From an uncultured Acetatifactor sp. (GTDB lineage Bacteria; Bacillota; Clostridia; Lachnospirales; Lachnospiraceae): 64,000 nt of DNA. The stretch's first letter is position 1; each line of letters begins with the position of its first letter. Shown in pieces: positions 47,497 through 57,379 of the stretch. The stretch lies in the NCBI GenBank assembly GCA_910589655.1, contig CAJUTJ010000192.1, positions 1,051 to 65,050 on the forward strand, given 5' to 3'. A model generated the notes under the pieces. It was not told the DNA's origin and searched no databases. It worked only from the letters and a program-made list of their open reading frames with translations. Position numbers and translations under genes: made by a program.

Positions 47497-48723
47497 ATGA
47501 GGGAAATTTTCATGAAGATATCCGGACTTCCCACTCCTTGCTATGTGGTGGATGAAGCGCTGATTATAAAAAATTTAACGATTCTACGAAATATAATAGA
47601 GCGCACAGGGGTGCGTATTCTGCTGGCGCAGAAAGCTTTTTCCATGTATGCGCTTTACCCCTTGATCGGAAGATACTTATGTGGGGCGACTGCCAGCGGA
47701 TTGTATGAAGCGAGGCTTTGTGCGGAGGAGATGGTTAGGCCATTGGCTGAACAGAATATCAAATGCGAAAACCACATATTTTCACCTGCATACAAAGAGG
47801 AAGACTTCGAAGATATTTTATGTTATTGCGACCATATTGTTTTTAATTCGTGGAGACAGGTGGAAAAGTTCGGAACAAGGGCAAAGGCGGCGGGTAAAAG
47901 CATCGGGCTCCGTATTAATCCCCAATGCTCCACTCAGAAGGGTCATGCCATTTACGACCCCTGTGCACCGGGATCACGGCTGGGGATTACAATAGAAAAC
48001 TTTAGAGACAGCGTATTATTTCGGAAGTTTTTCCCTTTGTTAGACGGTCTGCATTTCCATACGCTCTGTGAGCAGGATTCCGATGATCTGGAGACTACCT
48101 TGGATGCGGTGGAGGAAAAATTCGGGGAATATCTGTCTCATATGAATTGGATTAACTTTGGCGGAGGACATCATATTACACGCGAAGGCTATGATATTCC
48201 CCGGCTGGAAAGGTGTATCCGGAGAATGCAGGAAGGGTATGGCCTGACGGTCTATTTAGAGCCGGGAGAGGCTGTGGCTTTAAATGCAGGTTTTCTGGTG
48301 TCTTCGGTTTTGGAGATTCAGGGGCCGGCTGAAAAGAGGCGGCAAGGTTTCGGCGGAAATTCTGTAGATGACGGTCTTAGGATTGCTATTTTGGATACCT
48401 CTGCGGCCTGCCATATGCCCGATGTGCTGGAGATGCCCTACAGGCCGCCTCTGCAGAAGAGCGGGCAGCCATGGGAAAAGGCTTATACGTACCGTTTGGG
48501 AGGCCCTACCTGTCTGGCGGGAGATGTGATTGGTGACTATTCCTTTGACGCACCTTTGCAGGAGGGAGACAGGCTGGTATTTGAAGATATGGCAATCTAT
48601 TCTATGGTAAAAAACAATACCTTTAACGGGATGCCTTTGCCGTCCATTGTATTAAAACAAGAAAGCGGAGAATACAAGCTTATTAAGAAGTTTGGATATG
48701 AGGACTTCAAAGGCCGTTTATAG
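47497..48723 (+). CDS. nspC: Carboxy(nor)spermidine decarboxylase
   Basis: TPCYVVDE, LAQKAFS, DPCAPGSRLG, GLHFHTLCE, HMPDVLEMPY, GGPTCLAGD, VKNNTFNG. Confidence 0.93.
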   Translation: MREIFMKISGLPTPCYVVDEALIIKNLTILRNIIERTGVRILLAQKAFSMYALYPLIGRYLCGATASGLYEARLCAEEMVRPLAEQNIKCENHIFSPAYKEEDFEDILCYCDHIVFNSWRQVEKFGTRAKAAGKSIGLRINPQCSTQKGHAIYDPCAPGSRLGITIENFRDSVLFRKFFPLLDGLHFHTLCEQDSDDLETTLDAVEEKFGEYLSHMNWINFGGGHHITREGYDIPRLERCIRRMQEGYGLTVYLEPGEAVALNAGFLVSSVLEIQGPAEKRRQGFGGNSVDDGLRIAILDTSAACHMPDVLEMPYRPPLQKSGQPWEKAYTYRLGGPTCLAGDVIGDYSFDAPLQEGDRLVFEDMAIYSMVKNNTFNGMPLPSIVLKQESGEYKLIKKFGYEDFKGRL

Positions 48724-48763
48724 AAGTGCAGACAAGAAAGCCATTTCTTAAGAATACAAAAGT

Positions 48764-48791
48764 AAAAACTCCGGCATATGCCGGAGCTTTT
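48764..48791. terminator. Bidirectional rho-independent terminator
   Basis: AAAAA-CTCCGGCA-TA-TGCCGGAG-CTTTT. Confidence 0.8.
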
Positions 48792-49154
48792 ACCTCTAAT
48801 AGGGGGAATGTTTTTGAAAGTATCTATAGGAACCTGATAAATCAGGATTGTTTTTAGGCGAAGCTGACAGAACCCTAACCAGTGTGTTAAAACTCAACAG
48901 CTCCTTTGTTTATGTATTTATCATACATGGAAAATGTGTCCAAAGTTTGACTTTGCCATAAAGGATTTATAAAGATTCTTAAGAAATTATGGAAAAATTT
49001 TACATTTTATAAAATAATCTTATGAATTAAAAAAGAGAGAAATCAAACTCGTCCTGCTCCGGCTGAATGATCGAATTTTCGTAGGTGGCGGTGCGGTTGG
49101 CGGCATGGGCAGACAGCAGACGGATACTGCTGCATTTTATAAGGAGAGAAAATT

Positions 49155-50021
49155 ATGAAAAGAAAAATTGTTATATGTATTACGGGATTGGTTGTGCTGC
49201 TTTTCGGAGGCTGCGGCAGCCGGCAAAGCGGTCTGTCATATATCGGAGCGGATAAGGCAAAGCAGCTGGCACTGAACGCGTTGGCTATAACGATGGATCA
49301 GACGGAAGCGATACAGGCAGATTTGACCACATACAATGGCGAGGATTGTTATCTGGTGGAGATTATTGTAGCAGGACAAAGTTATCAATATAATATTGAC
49401 GCACAAACCGGTGCAATTGTCGGAAGTAATTTTTCCTCTCCGATTTTGCCTGCGCAGGATACTGTGGCAAGCGGAAATACCGGGAGCGATTCATCAAGCA
49501 ATGTACCTGCGGGAGGAACTTCCGGATCAGGAATGGCAAACAATAATATAATGGCTTCTTCATCGAAAAGCATGATTGCTATCGAAGAAGCAAAGGCAGC
49601 AGTCCTAAGCCACGCGGGATTGACTGAGGAAGAAGTAACTTTTGTGAAAAGTGAGCTGGAATATGAGGACGGACGCCAAGTGTATGAGCTGGAGTTTTAT
49701 ACGAGTGATTATAGGGAATATGATTATGAAATAGATGCTTACACAGGTGAGTTGGTGGGCTTTGACTATGATGCGGAACATTTTGCGCTGCCTCAAGCTG
49801 CCGATGGCGCTGCCATTACTGCAGATGAGGCAAAGAAACTGGCATTGTCCAAGGTCCCGGGCGCGTCTGCCGATGATATCAGGGAGTTCGAATCGGATTA
49901 TGATCATGGGCGTATGGAGTATGAAGGAGAAATAATATATAATGGTAAGAAGTATGAGTTTGAAATTGACGGCAGCAATGGTCAATTTCTAAGCTGGGAA
50001 GAGGAATCTGTTCTCCGGTGA
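49155..50021 (+). CDS. PepSY-repeat lipoprotein
   Basis: Lipobox LFGGC; three PepSY-like units ending YNIDAQTG, YEIDAYTG, FEIDGSNG. Confidence 0.88.
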   Translation: MKRKIVICITGLVVLLFGGCGSRQSGLSYIGADKAKQLALNALAITMDQTEAIQADLTTYNGEDCYLVEIIVAGQSYQYNIDAQTGAIVGSNFSSPILPAQDTVASGNTGSDSSSNVPAGGTSGSGMANNNIMASSSKSMIAIEEAKAAVLSHAGLTEEEVTFVKSELEYEDGRQVYELEFYTSDYREYDYEIDAYTGELVGFDYDAEHFALPQAADGAAITADEAKKLALSKVPGASADDIREFESDYDHGRMEYEGEIIYNGKKYEFEIDGSNGQFLSWEEESVLR

Positions 50022-50033
50022 AAACATTCTTAG

Positions 50034-50083
50034 AAAAGCAGTTCGTGCATCATGATATACCATTCATGCACAAACTGCTTTTT
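50034..50083. terminator. Terminator-like hairpin
   Basis: AAAAGCAGTT-CGTGCAT..ATGCAC-AAACTGCTTTT. Confidence 0.6.
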
Positions 50084-50150
50084 AATATCGGTATATAGTA
50101 TAATGCCTGTATTGAAAACAAAGGAGTTTGCACAAAGAAGGTGAAAGAAT

Positions 50151-50438
50151 ATGGCAGTTTCTCAAAGTGAAAAATTGGATCAGATTTTAAAGGCATATAC
50201 TCTGGAAGTACAAACATGGCTGCATGATAATTTTAAATATGCCGCTGCCCGCAGCTGTGTTTTAGAGAAAGCATCTTTTGGGGGCAGGGCGGAGCTAATG
50301 ATTGTTATGTATAAGAAACCGCAGGATATTGGGTTCTTAATGAAAAAAATTACTAAACTTACAACAAAATACAACAAACAATACAAAATAGCCATTCAAC
50401 CTGTGCTGCAATGGGAAAATGAGGAAGCATTGGCGTGA
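50151..50438 (+). CDS. Hypothetical protein, possibly a degenerate minimal nucleotidyltransferase
   Basis: GAAGGTG RBS; residue pattern resembles MNT domains but GS and DxD are absent. Confidence 0.5.
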   Translation: MAVSQSEKLDQILKAYTLEVQTWLHDNFKYAAARSCVLEKASFGGRAELMIVMYKKPQDIGFLMKKITKLTTKYNKQYKIAIQPVLQWENEEALA

Positions 50439-50449
50439 CCCCCAAAACA

Positions 50450-50528
50450 GCGAATTTGCGCATGCCGGCCTCGGGTTCGTCAAAAAACAGTATGTAAATA
50501 CCCCGTGTGACAGCGGATGAACAGTATC
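50450..50528. repeat. Family A degenerate copy
   Basis: GCGCATG..CTCGGGTTCGTCAAAAAACAG..CAGCGGATGAACAGTATC resembles 38120-38197. Confidence 0.6.
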
Positions 50529-50567
50529 AGGAAATTTCCTTCTGAAATTTCCTTGCAGCCGCATCCA

Positions 50568-50596
50568 TTGATTTTTAGCAAGAGTTTGTTTATAAT
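50568..50596 (+). promoter_or_regulatory. Putative SigA promoter for aguA-aguB
   Basis: TTGATT-17 bp-TATAAT. Confidence 0.55.
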
Positions 50597-50730
50597 GTTT
50601 CTGTGATATTTGATGAAATTCCGCGGAATAATTTCATTGAACTATATTATTTCCGGTTATCATGAAAGGGAAGTTTAACAAAAACACGGTTTAGAATTAG
50701 AGATATGGAATTCTCGAGAGGAGAAGCCCA

Positions 50731-51825
50731 ATGAATATTATCAAGGATTCAACACCGTCTGCGGACGGTTATCACATGCCGGCTGAATATGAACCTCATG
50801 AAGGATGCATTATGATTTTTCCGGAGCGTTCTGATTCATGGCAGTACGGCGGTTATGCGGCTCGAAAGACATTTGTGAAGATTGCGGAGGCCATTTCCGC
50901 TTCCGAGAAAGTTACGGTATGTGCCGGTGCCTCACAATATGATAATGCCAGGGCGATCCTTCCCGCCCATATTCGTGTTGTGGAAATGTCCAGCAATGAT
51001 GCATGGGCCAGAGATTACTGCCCTACCTTTGTGAAAAACGAAAAAGGAAATGTGCGTGGGATAGACTGGGGCTTCAATGCATGGGGCGGGCTCCATGACG
51101 GATTGTATTTTCCTTGGGACAGTGACAATAAGATGGCGAGGAAGCTGTGTGATTTACTGGACAAGGACATTTATCATAAACGAGATTTTATCTTGGAGGG
51201 CGGTTCCGTACATGTGGACGGCGAAGGCACTTGTATGGTGACGGAGAGCTGTCTGCTCAGCAAGGGGCGGAATCCCCGGCTGAGCAGAGAACAAATCGAA
51301 GAAACTTTAAAGCAATATCTGGGTGTTTCCACCGTTCTGTGGCTGCCCTGTGGAATTTATCATGACGAAACGAATGAGCATGTGGATAATATCTGTGCTT
51401 TCGTAAAACCGGGAGAAGTAGTGCTGGCATGGACGGAGGATACGGAGGATGTACAATATAAGATGTCCAAAGCATGTCTGGAGTATTTGGGCGGCGTGAA
51501 GGATGCAAAGGGCAGAAGCATAAAGGTTCATAAACTGCCCTTGCCGAAGCCCGTGACCATTACCGCGGAAGAATGTGAGGGGCTGGATGCCTGTTGGGAT
51601 GAGCCTGTCCGTATACCGGGAGAGCGGCTGGCAGCTTCCTATGTGAATTTTTATATTGCAAATCACTCTATAGTCATGCCCGGATTTGGTGATCCTCAGG
51701 ATGAGAAAGCCAAAAAAGTTCTACAAGATTTATTTCCCGGGCGGAAAGTTGTACAGATTTATACCAGAGACATTCTCATAGGAGGCGGCAATATCCATTG
51801 TATTACGCAGCAGATTCCAATGTGA
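50731..51825 (+). CDS. aguA: Agmatine deiminase
   Basis: MPAEYEPH, DAWARD, FNAWG, LEGGS, HVDN, SYVNFY, GGGNIHCITQQ. Confidence 0.95.
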   Translation: MNIIKDSTPSADGYHMPAEYEPHEGCIMIFPERSDSWQYGGYAARKTFVKIAEAISASEKVTVCAGASQYDNARAILPAHIRVVEMSSNDAWARDYCPTFVKNEKGNVRGIDWGFNAWGGLHDGLYFPWDSDNKMARKLCDLLDKDIYHKRDFILEGGSVHVDGEGTCMVTESCLLSKGRNPRLSREQIEETLKQYLGVSTVLWLPCGIYHDETNEHVDNICAFVKPGEVVLAWTEDTEDVQYKMSKACLEYLGGVKDAKGRSIKVHKLPLPKPVTITAEECEGLDACWDEPVRIPGERLAASYVNFYIANHSIVMPGFGDPQDEKAKKVLQDLFPGRKVVQIYTRDILIGGGNIHCITQQIPM

Positions 51826-52179
51826 GAAGATATTGAATCATTGGCAGAGAGGTACAGATAAGCTTATGTCCCCCAAACTGCCGGAGAAGCTGGAAAACTG
51901 CCGGAACATGGTTTTTTTCATTGGAGACTTAGAGTTGTACGATTGTGAGCCGCAGCAAAGCTGCAATTTCACAATCCTGATGAGAGAGCCCGCTGGAGCG
52001 GGCAGATGGGAGTTAGTGTGAGAAGAAGTTCTAATTGCTTTAGCAATTTTTGCTCACAGCAGAGGCTGAACTTCTAAGTCTCACACCGAGAAATGCCCGA
52101 AAACACGGCATTTCTCATCGGAGCTTTAGCTCCATGGGATTGTGAGCCGCAGCAAAGCTGCGACATGGAGGTTAGTATG
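51821..52179 (+). repeat. Two tandem units (period about 196 bp) of repeat family C
   Basis: TGTGAGAAGA at 51821 and 52017; GATTGTGAGCCGCAGCAAAGCTGC at 51941 and 52138; many hairpins. Confidence 0.8.
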
Positions 52180-53052
52180 AAAAATGTAACGGTGGCGGCG
52201 GTTCAGATGTATTGCAGCCGTACCAGAGAAGAAAATATAAAAGCGGCGGACAAGCTGGTAAGGGAAGCGGCATTAAAAGGCGCGCAAATTGTGCTGCTGC
52301 CGGAGCTGTTTGAGACATGGTATTTTTGTCAGGAGCGGAATTATAGTTCTTACGGTATTGCCGCCGACGTGGAGTCAAATCCCGCCATACGCCATTTCAG
52401 GGGAGTGGCGGCGGAGCTGAAGCTGGTGCTTCCTGTCAGCTTTTATGAGAGGGAAGAAAATGTGACATATAACTCCGTTGCGGTTATAGACGCGGACGGA
52501 AGTATTTTGGGCGTATATCGGAAAACGCATATACCGGATGACCATTTTTATCAGGAGAAATTTTATTTTACTCCGGGCAATACAGGCTTTCGGGTTTGGG
52601 ATACCGCCTATGGAAGAATCGGTGTAGGAATCTGCTGGGATCAGTGGTTCCCTGAAGCGGCCAGATGCATGGCGCTGATGGGGGCGCAGCTGCTGCTGTA
52701 TCCTACGGCCATCGGCTCCGAACCGATTATTGAGTGTGACAGTATGCCTCACTGGAGGAGATGTATGCAAGGGCATGCGGCAGCCAATGTAATTCCCGTG
52801 ATTGCGGCTAACCGCATCGGCGAAGAGAAGGTTATGCCGGCAAAAGATAACAATCATCAATCCTCTGCACTTGTCTTCTACGGTTCTTCTTTTATTGCGG
52901 ATGAGACGGGAGAGCTGCTGGAGGATGGAGGGAGAACGGAAGAGAAAATACTTCTTCATACCTTTGACTTGGATGCCATCGAGGAGCTTCGTTTCAGCTG
53001 GGGTCTGTTTCGGGACAGACGTCCGGAGATGTATCTGCAGATTACAAAATAA
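52177..53052 (+). CDS. aguB: N-carbamoylputrescine amidase
   Basis: LPELF, YRKTHIP, YQEKFYF, GICWDQWFPE, YPTAIG nitrilase-family motifs; follows aguA. Confidence 0.93.
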   Translation: MKNVTVAAVQMYCSRTREENIKAADKLVREAALKGAQIVLLPELFETWYFCQERNYSSYGIAADVESNPAIRHFRGVAAELKLVLPVSFYEREENVTYNSVAVIDADGSILGVYRKTHIPDDHFYQEKFYFTPGNTGFRVWDTAYGRIGVGICWDQWFPEAARCMALMGAQLLLYPTAIGSEPIIECDSMPHWRRCMQGHAAANVIPVIAANRIGEEKVMPAKDNNHQSSALVFYGSSFIADETGELLEDGGRTEEKILLHTFDLDAIEELRFSWGLFRDRRPEMYLQITK

Positions 53053-53129
53053 AAATAACAGTTCCCACAGGGGTGAGAACTGTTACAAGAAGGAACCGCA
53101 AGGAAAAGCGGCGGCCGATATATTGGCGT

Positions 53130-53807
53130 CTACTCACGCCGGAAGCTGCCGTAGCTGGTTTTCTTTAACCGATAGCGTTCTTTTTTCATAAGGTAGGAAT
53201 CCAAGCCGGCTACATGATTGTTCAACCGGCATCCGTAAATCGTATTGCCGTTTTCCAATTCCTGAATCCGGGCGATCAGGCCGTAAAGGTGGAACATATA
53301 TTTCTCACCGAATTCTTGAATTTGATCTTTGAGAACAACGTGAACCAAACTTCCTTCCATAAATTTAATATTACTGTCACATACCACTGAGAAGCCGTTG
53401 GAGCTGACATCACGGATAATGGCTTCATAGGCAGCATGGTTGGAGCCAAATTGAATGGAGGTTTCCACTCCTATATAACAGCGGAAGTTCTGCCTCCGAT
53501 TATAGGCAACGCTCTCGGCGATGGTAGTAAGGCTGTAGCAGAGTGTGCCGTCGGACCGCCGAAGCAGTGTATTGGCTACATTCTTAAATAAATGGGGCTT
53601 GTCGTCCGGCACGGATGCCAGCACATTTAAAATAACGCCCTTTCCCCGGAAAGATATGGGTTTTCCGTTTTGAAATACGGCATCCGCAAAGATCATGTGC
53701 CTTTTGCGGTTAATCTCTTGAACCTTACTGGTAAAAACAAGAGAGTTGTCTTTCACGCTTACGAACAGGGTGAGCTCCTGTCCCGGTCTTAATTCTTCGA
53801 TACGCAT
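53130..53807 (-). CDS. PilZ-domain (c-di-GMP binding) protein
   Basis: NRRQNFR (RxxxR) and DVSSNG (DxSxxG). Confidence 0.85.
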   Translation of the reverse strand: MRIEELRPGQELTLFVSVKDNSLVFTSKVQEINRKRHMIFADAVFQNGKPISFRGKGVILNVLASVPDDKPHLFKNVANTLLRRSDGTLCYSLTTIAESVAYNRRQNFRCYIGVETSIQFGSNHAAYEAIIRDVSSNGFSVVCDSNIKFMEGSLVHVVLKDQIQEFGEKYMFHLYGLIARIQELENGNTIYGCRLNNHVAGLDSYLMKKERYRLKKTSYGSFRRE

Positions 53808-53810
53808 ACT

Positions 53811-55634
53811 TTACTTTACCTCTAATTGAAATTCTGAAGCTGTCATAGTCAGACGAATCCGATACAGCTCATGGTTCCATGCAGTCTGAAGTCTTGCATC
53901 GGTAACGGGCAGGACTTCTACCATCAAAGGCTTTGCTCCCGAAAAGGAGGCCTGTGCCAGAGTGCCGATCCGGATGCTGTTTTCCGTCACCTCCGGCTTT
54001 TCATAGGTGATGAAATTTAATACGACGTTTCCGGCATCCGTGGTATCTGTCAAAAGAACCCTATTGCTTAGTTTATCAAAAAAAACTTCTCTCGTATAGT
54101 GTTTTTTATAAGTTTTGAAAGAATACGCATTGGATAGTTCCATGGAAATACCGCTCTGTGTTTCTTCAAAAAATGTTCTTACATTTTCGGCGCGGTAATC
54201 CCGGCCGTCAAGCTGATCCAGCCCTTCAATCGTGGGCAGATTGTGGTAGCATGACTGCATGGTCCAGATCTCATATCTGCGGGAGGAAAAGGTTTTGGCA
54301 GTGTAACTTTCCACACCGATATCTATAAAAAGCGGCTGCCCGTTTTTGTAAAGAGTAAAGCTGCCCGTGTCATTGTGATTATGACTGTCGTCATTGTCTC
54401 CCGCTTTTACCGCAAGGCAGAAGGTGTCGTTTCTGGACACAAAGAGTCCTACACTGGGATAATAGATATCCTTATATGTAAGCGGTTCGGACGTATCACA
54501 GGCTGAAATCTCCGGACAGTGAAAAATGGTCTGCATTCTGTAAAAAAGATTCAGGCGGTTTGATTCATCCGCAAAAAGATTTTCCTTGGATGCCTGAAAG
54601 TCTCTGGCGGCAAAGAGCATCAGTCCGGGCTGTCCGGTTCGTTTGCCGAAAAGAAACTCCCGCACACCGGCACGGCCCGCCACAGGGGAGCAGTCTGCAA
54701 AATTGATATAATATTTATCCGCAACATGTACGTTGTAAATATAGGATGCTATATTTTTCACCTTGTCCCACTGATACAAACCTTCGAAAGCCCCGCCGGT
54801 AATCCGGTTTAAAACCTCTGCGGCTCCGTCCAGACATAATCCCGCATGCCGGAAATACTGGGCTCCCTCGTCACAGCAGCCGTCATCTCCGTAATCCTTT
54901 AAAAAGAAGTCAAGGCTTTCCGCCGCTTTCAGAGTTACTGCCTTCTCCGTGCCGGAATGAGATTTCTGCAGAAAAACCGTCAGCAGTACATTCTGGGTAC
55001 ACCACGGAGTCCAGTTGCACATGGGCTCCTCGCCCGCTCCCATCCACCAGAAATGTTCCCGAATATAGGGGAGCGAAATACGGCGCTCCAGTTCATAAGC
55101 AATTCTCCGATTGATAAAGGGACTGATCCGGTCTAAACGGCTTCCCAGCAGATACCGGATACAGGCCAGCTGTGCTCCTGTCTCGCAGGCAAACAGATCC
55201 ATTACAGGGCGGGTGGCATCCGGCAGGAGCTCCTGCGGGGCATTGCGGAGATAGGAATTGTGGGGGGGCAGCTGCCATGCGCTTTCCTCGCAGACAGCAA
55301 AAATCCCGTTGATAATATCATCCAAAAAACGGCCCTGATCTTCCATGCATTCCGCCGCAGTCAGAGAATTCAAAGCGTACCGTCTATCAAAATAGAGATT
55401 TTCGTAATCCACGCGGTTTCCTGTACGCTTAAACTTCATAAAATCAGTGGAACGGATCACCGGATATTCATATCCCAGATAACCTTCTCCCTGTAAAATG
55501 ACAGCCTCGCGCAGTTCTTGGGGAAGACTGTCATAGGCCGCTCTGTCGTCGATATCGGGAAAAGGCCGGTATTCCAGAAGCCGATCATTTTTTTCCCAAA
55601 AAGCTTTCATGGTATCCAGAAATCGTTTTTCCAT
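53811..55634 (-). CDS. Heparinase II/III-like polysaccharide lyase
   Basis: NWTPWC, DGCCDEGAQYF, NFADC, SHNHNDTGSF, HNLPTI. Confidence 0.8.
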   Translation of the reverse strand: MEKRFLDTMKAFWEKNDRLLEYRPFPDIDDRAAYDSLPQELREAVILQGEGYLGYEYPVIRSTDFMKFKRTGNRVDYENLYFDRRYALNSLTAAECMEDQGRFLDDIINGIFAVCEESAWQLPPHNSYLRNAPQELLPDATRPVMDLFACETGAQLACIRYLLGSRLDRISPFINRRIAYELERRISLPYIREHFWWMGAGEEPMCNWTPWCTQNVLLTVFLQKSHSGTEKAVTLKAAESLDFFLKDYGDDGCCDEGAQYFRHAGLCLDGAAEVLNRITGGAFEGLYQWDKVKNIASYIYNVHVADKYYINFADCSPVAGRAGVREFLFGKRTGQPGLMLFAARDFQASKENLFADESNRLNLFYRMQTIFHCPEISACDTSEPLTYKDIYYPSVGLFVSRNDTFCLAVKAGDNDDSHNHNDTGSFTLYKNGQPLFIDIGVESYTAKTFSSRRYEIWTMQSCYHNLPTIEGLDQLDGRDYRAENVRTFFEETQSGISMELSNAYSFKTYKKHYTREVFFDKLSNRVLLTDTTDAGNVVLNFITYEKPEVTENSIRIGTLAQASFSGAKPLMVEVLPVTDARLQTAWNHELYRIRLTMTASEFQLEVK

Positions 55635-55736
55635 TTACACCTCCTGCGCGCTTTAGCGCGCATACCAATCAATATTAGAAAGAGCCTCTTTTTCAAACTA
55701 TTAAACATGCTGATGCCGCCGGCACAAACAATCCGT

Positions 55737-57341
55737 TTACACAAACTGATTGTTTAAATATTCGGTGGGGGAGACACCTTCCACTTTTTTAAATACCTTG
55801 CTGAAATAAAACGCGCTTTCAAAACCCAGCATATCCGCCACTTCATAGACCTTCAGGTTGCCGTCTGACAATAGGCGCTTGCCCTCCGAAATTTTACAGG
55901 TATTAATATATTCGGAGAACCCCATATCATTATACTTGCCGAATAGCTGGCTCAGATAATTGGGACTGATGCCGAATACCGCAGCCACTTCGTTGAGAGA
56001 GAGCCGCTCTTTTACATGTGCGTTAATATATTTTTTGACATTGGTAACAATATGATTCTTATAATCCTTATGGCGGCTTTCGAAAAGCTGACACATCTGT
56101 CGTTTGAAAAATCCCAGCCAGTTCACCAGCTGCTCCACAGTGGACTGTTTGTATACGGAACGGTATCCGTCCGGATTATCCCGGAAAAAGTCGGAAACAA
56201 TTTTTTCGCCGTCCTGAAGCAGGGATATGGACAGATATAAAATATTACATACGCCGTCCAAGGCCTGAACATAATGGTCGGGATGTGCCAGAAACAGATC
56301 ACACAGATTGTCCAAAGTACGATTTAAAATCTCTGCATCGTATTCTTCATAGGCTTTGGTCAGATCCTGCTTGAACAGGCTCATGTTAAAGGAATAATCA
56401 TAAGAAGGATCCTTTAGGCACTCTTCGAAAAAGACAATGGCATTTTTCCCCTCGGCGGACAGGTTGGCCTGTCTGGAGTATTGGTAGGAATCGCAGATGG
56501 CAAGGGGCATATCTACCAGACTGCCGATACCGCAGTGAAAAGATACATTATAGTATTTTGTCAGAGTTTTACTGATACCGGTTAAAATGCCCTTTAATTC
56601 TTCCCCATAGGACAGATTGGCGGTCTGACCTGTTTCGAAGCAGAAAATCAAAGCAAAATGTCTGGTGTCAAGGGAGAGGCAGAAGCAAGGATAATACTTT
56701 CCACCAAGCTCCTTCAGCATCTGCATGGAAGTGGCAAACAGAGACAGTTGTTTTTCCATGGGAAGAGAATCTGCCTGATTGCCCGTCATTTCACCATAAC
56801 AGCATACATAACCGCTGTAGTGGAAATCCAAATTCAAATCCCGGCTCTGTAAAGTAAACTGTTCTTCCGATTCGAACAGGTTGTTTATCAGACGAATAAA
56901 GAACTTGTCATAAAAAGGATGGACAATATTCTCGGCGGAATTACCCTTATGCTCCGACTCCTGTATCCGTTTCAGCACGCGGTTTACCGCTTCCGTCAAA
57001 GCGGGAGGGGTGAGTTCCATTTTCACAAGATAATCCGTCACTTGATAAGTGAGAGCTTCCTTGACCATGTGGAAATCCTCGTAACTGGTCAGAATAATAA
57101 AATAAGGCTTCTCGCTGCCGTGCAGCTCGCGGCACTGCCGGATTAATTCCAATCCGCTCATCACGGGCATTTTTATATCCGTGATCACTATGTCCGGAGC
57201 CAGCTCGGAAACCATCTTCAAGGCAGCTTGACCGTTTACCGCCGTGCCTGCTACTTCTATATTCAGATCGGCCCAGTTCAGCATGGATTTTATGCCTACT
57301 TGAACCAAGGGTTCATCATCGACAATCAGTAATTTGTACAT
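55737..57341 (-). CDS. YesN-like response regulator (REC plus AraC HTH)
   Basis: LIVDDE, ITDIKMP, C-terminal VADMLGFESAFYFSKVFKK. Confidence 0.92.
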   Translation of the reverse strand: MYKLLIVDDEPLVQVGIKSMLNWADLNIEVAGTAVNGQAALKMVSELAPDIVITDIKMPVMSGLELIRQCRELHGSEKPYFIILTSYEDFHMVKEALTYQVTDYLVKMELTPPALTEAVNRVLKRIQESEHKGNSAENIVHPFYDKFFIRLINNLFESEEQFTLQSRDLNLDFHYSGYVCCYGEMTGNQADSLPMEKQLSLFATSMQMLKELGGKYYPCFCLSLDTRHFALIFCFETGQTANLSYGEELKGILTGISKTLTKYYNVSFHCGIGSLVDMPLAICDSYQYSRQANLSAEGKNAIVFFEECLKDPSYDYSFNMSLFKQDLTKAYEEYDAEILNRTLDNLCDLFLAHPDHYVQALDGVCNILYLSISLLQDGEKIVSDFFRDNPDGYRSVYKQSTVEQLVNWLGFFKRQMCQLFESRHKDYKNHIVTNVKKYINAHVKERLSLNEVAAVFGISPNYLSQLFGKYNDMGFSEYINTCKISEGKRLLSDGNLKVYEVADMLGFESAFYFSKVFKKVEGVSPTEYLNNQFV

Positions 57342-57379
57342 GGCTGCTCCTTTTTTCTGTGTTTTACAATAAATGTGAA

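Noticed and set aside
51977..52005. CTGATGAG as a hammerhead ribozyme core
   Set aside because: The following hairpin is not followed by GAAA and I could not build stems I and III; it lies inside repeat family C
51833..52176. 62-aa ORF and N-terminal extension of aguB sharing DCEPQQSC
   Set aside because: The shared peptide is a by-product of the tandem DNA repeat; aguB has a better start at 52177
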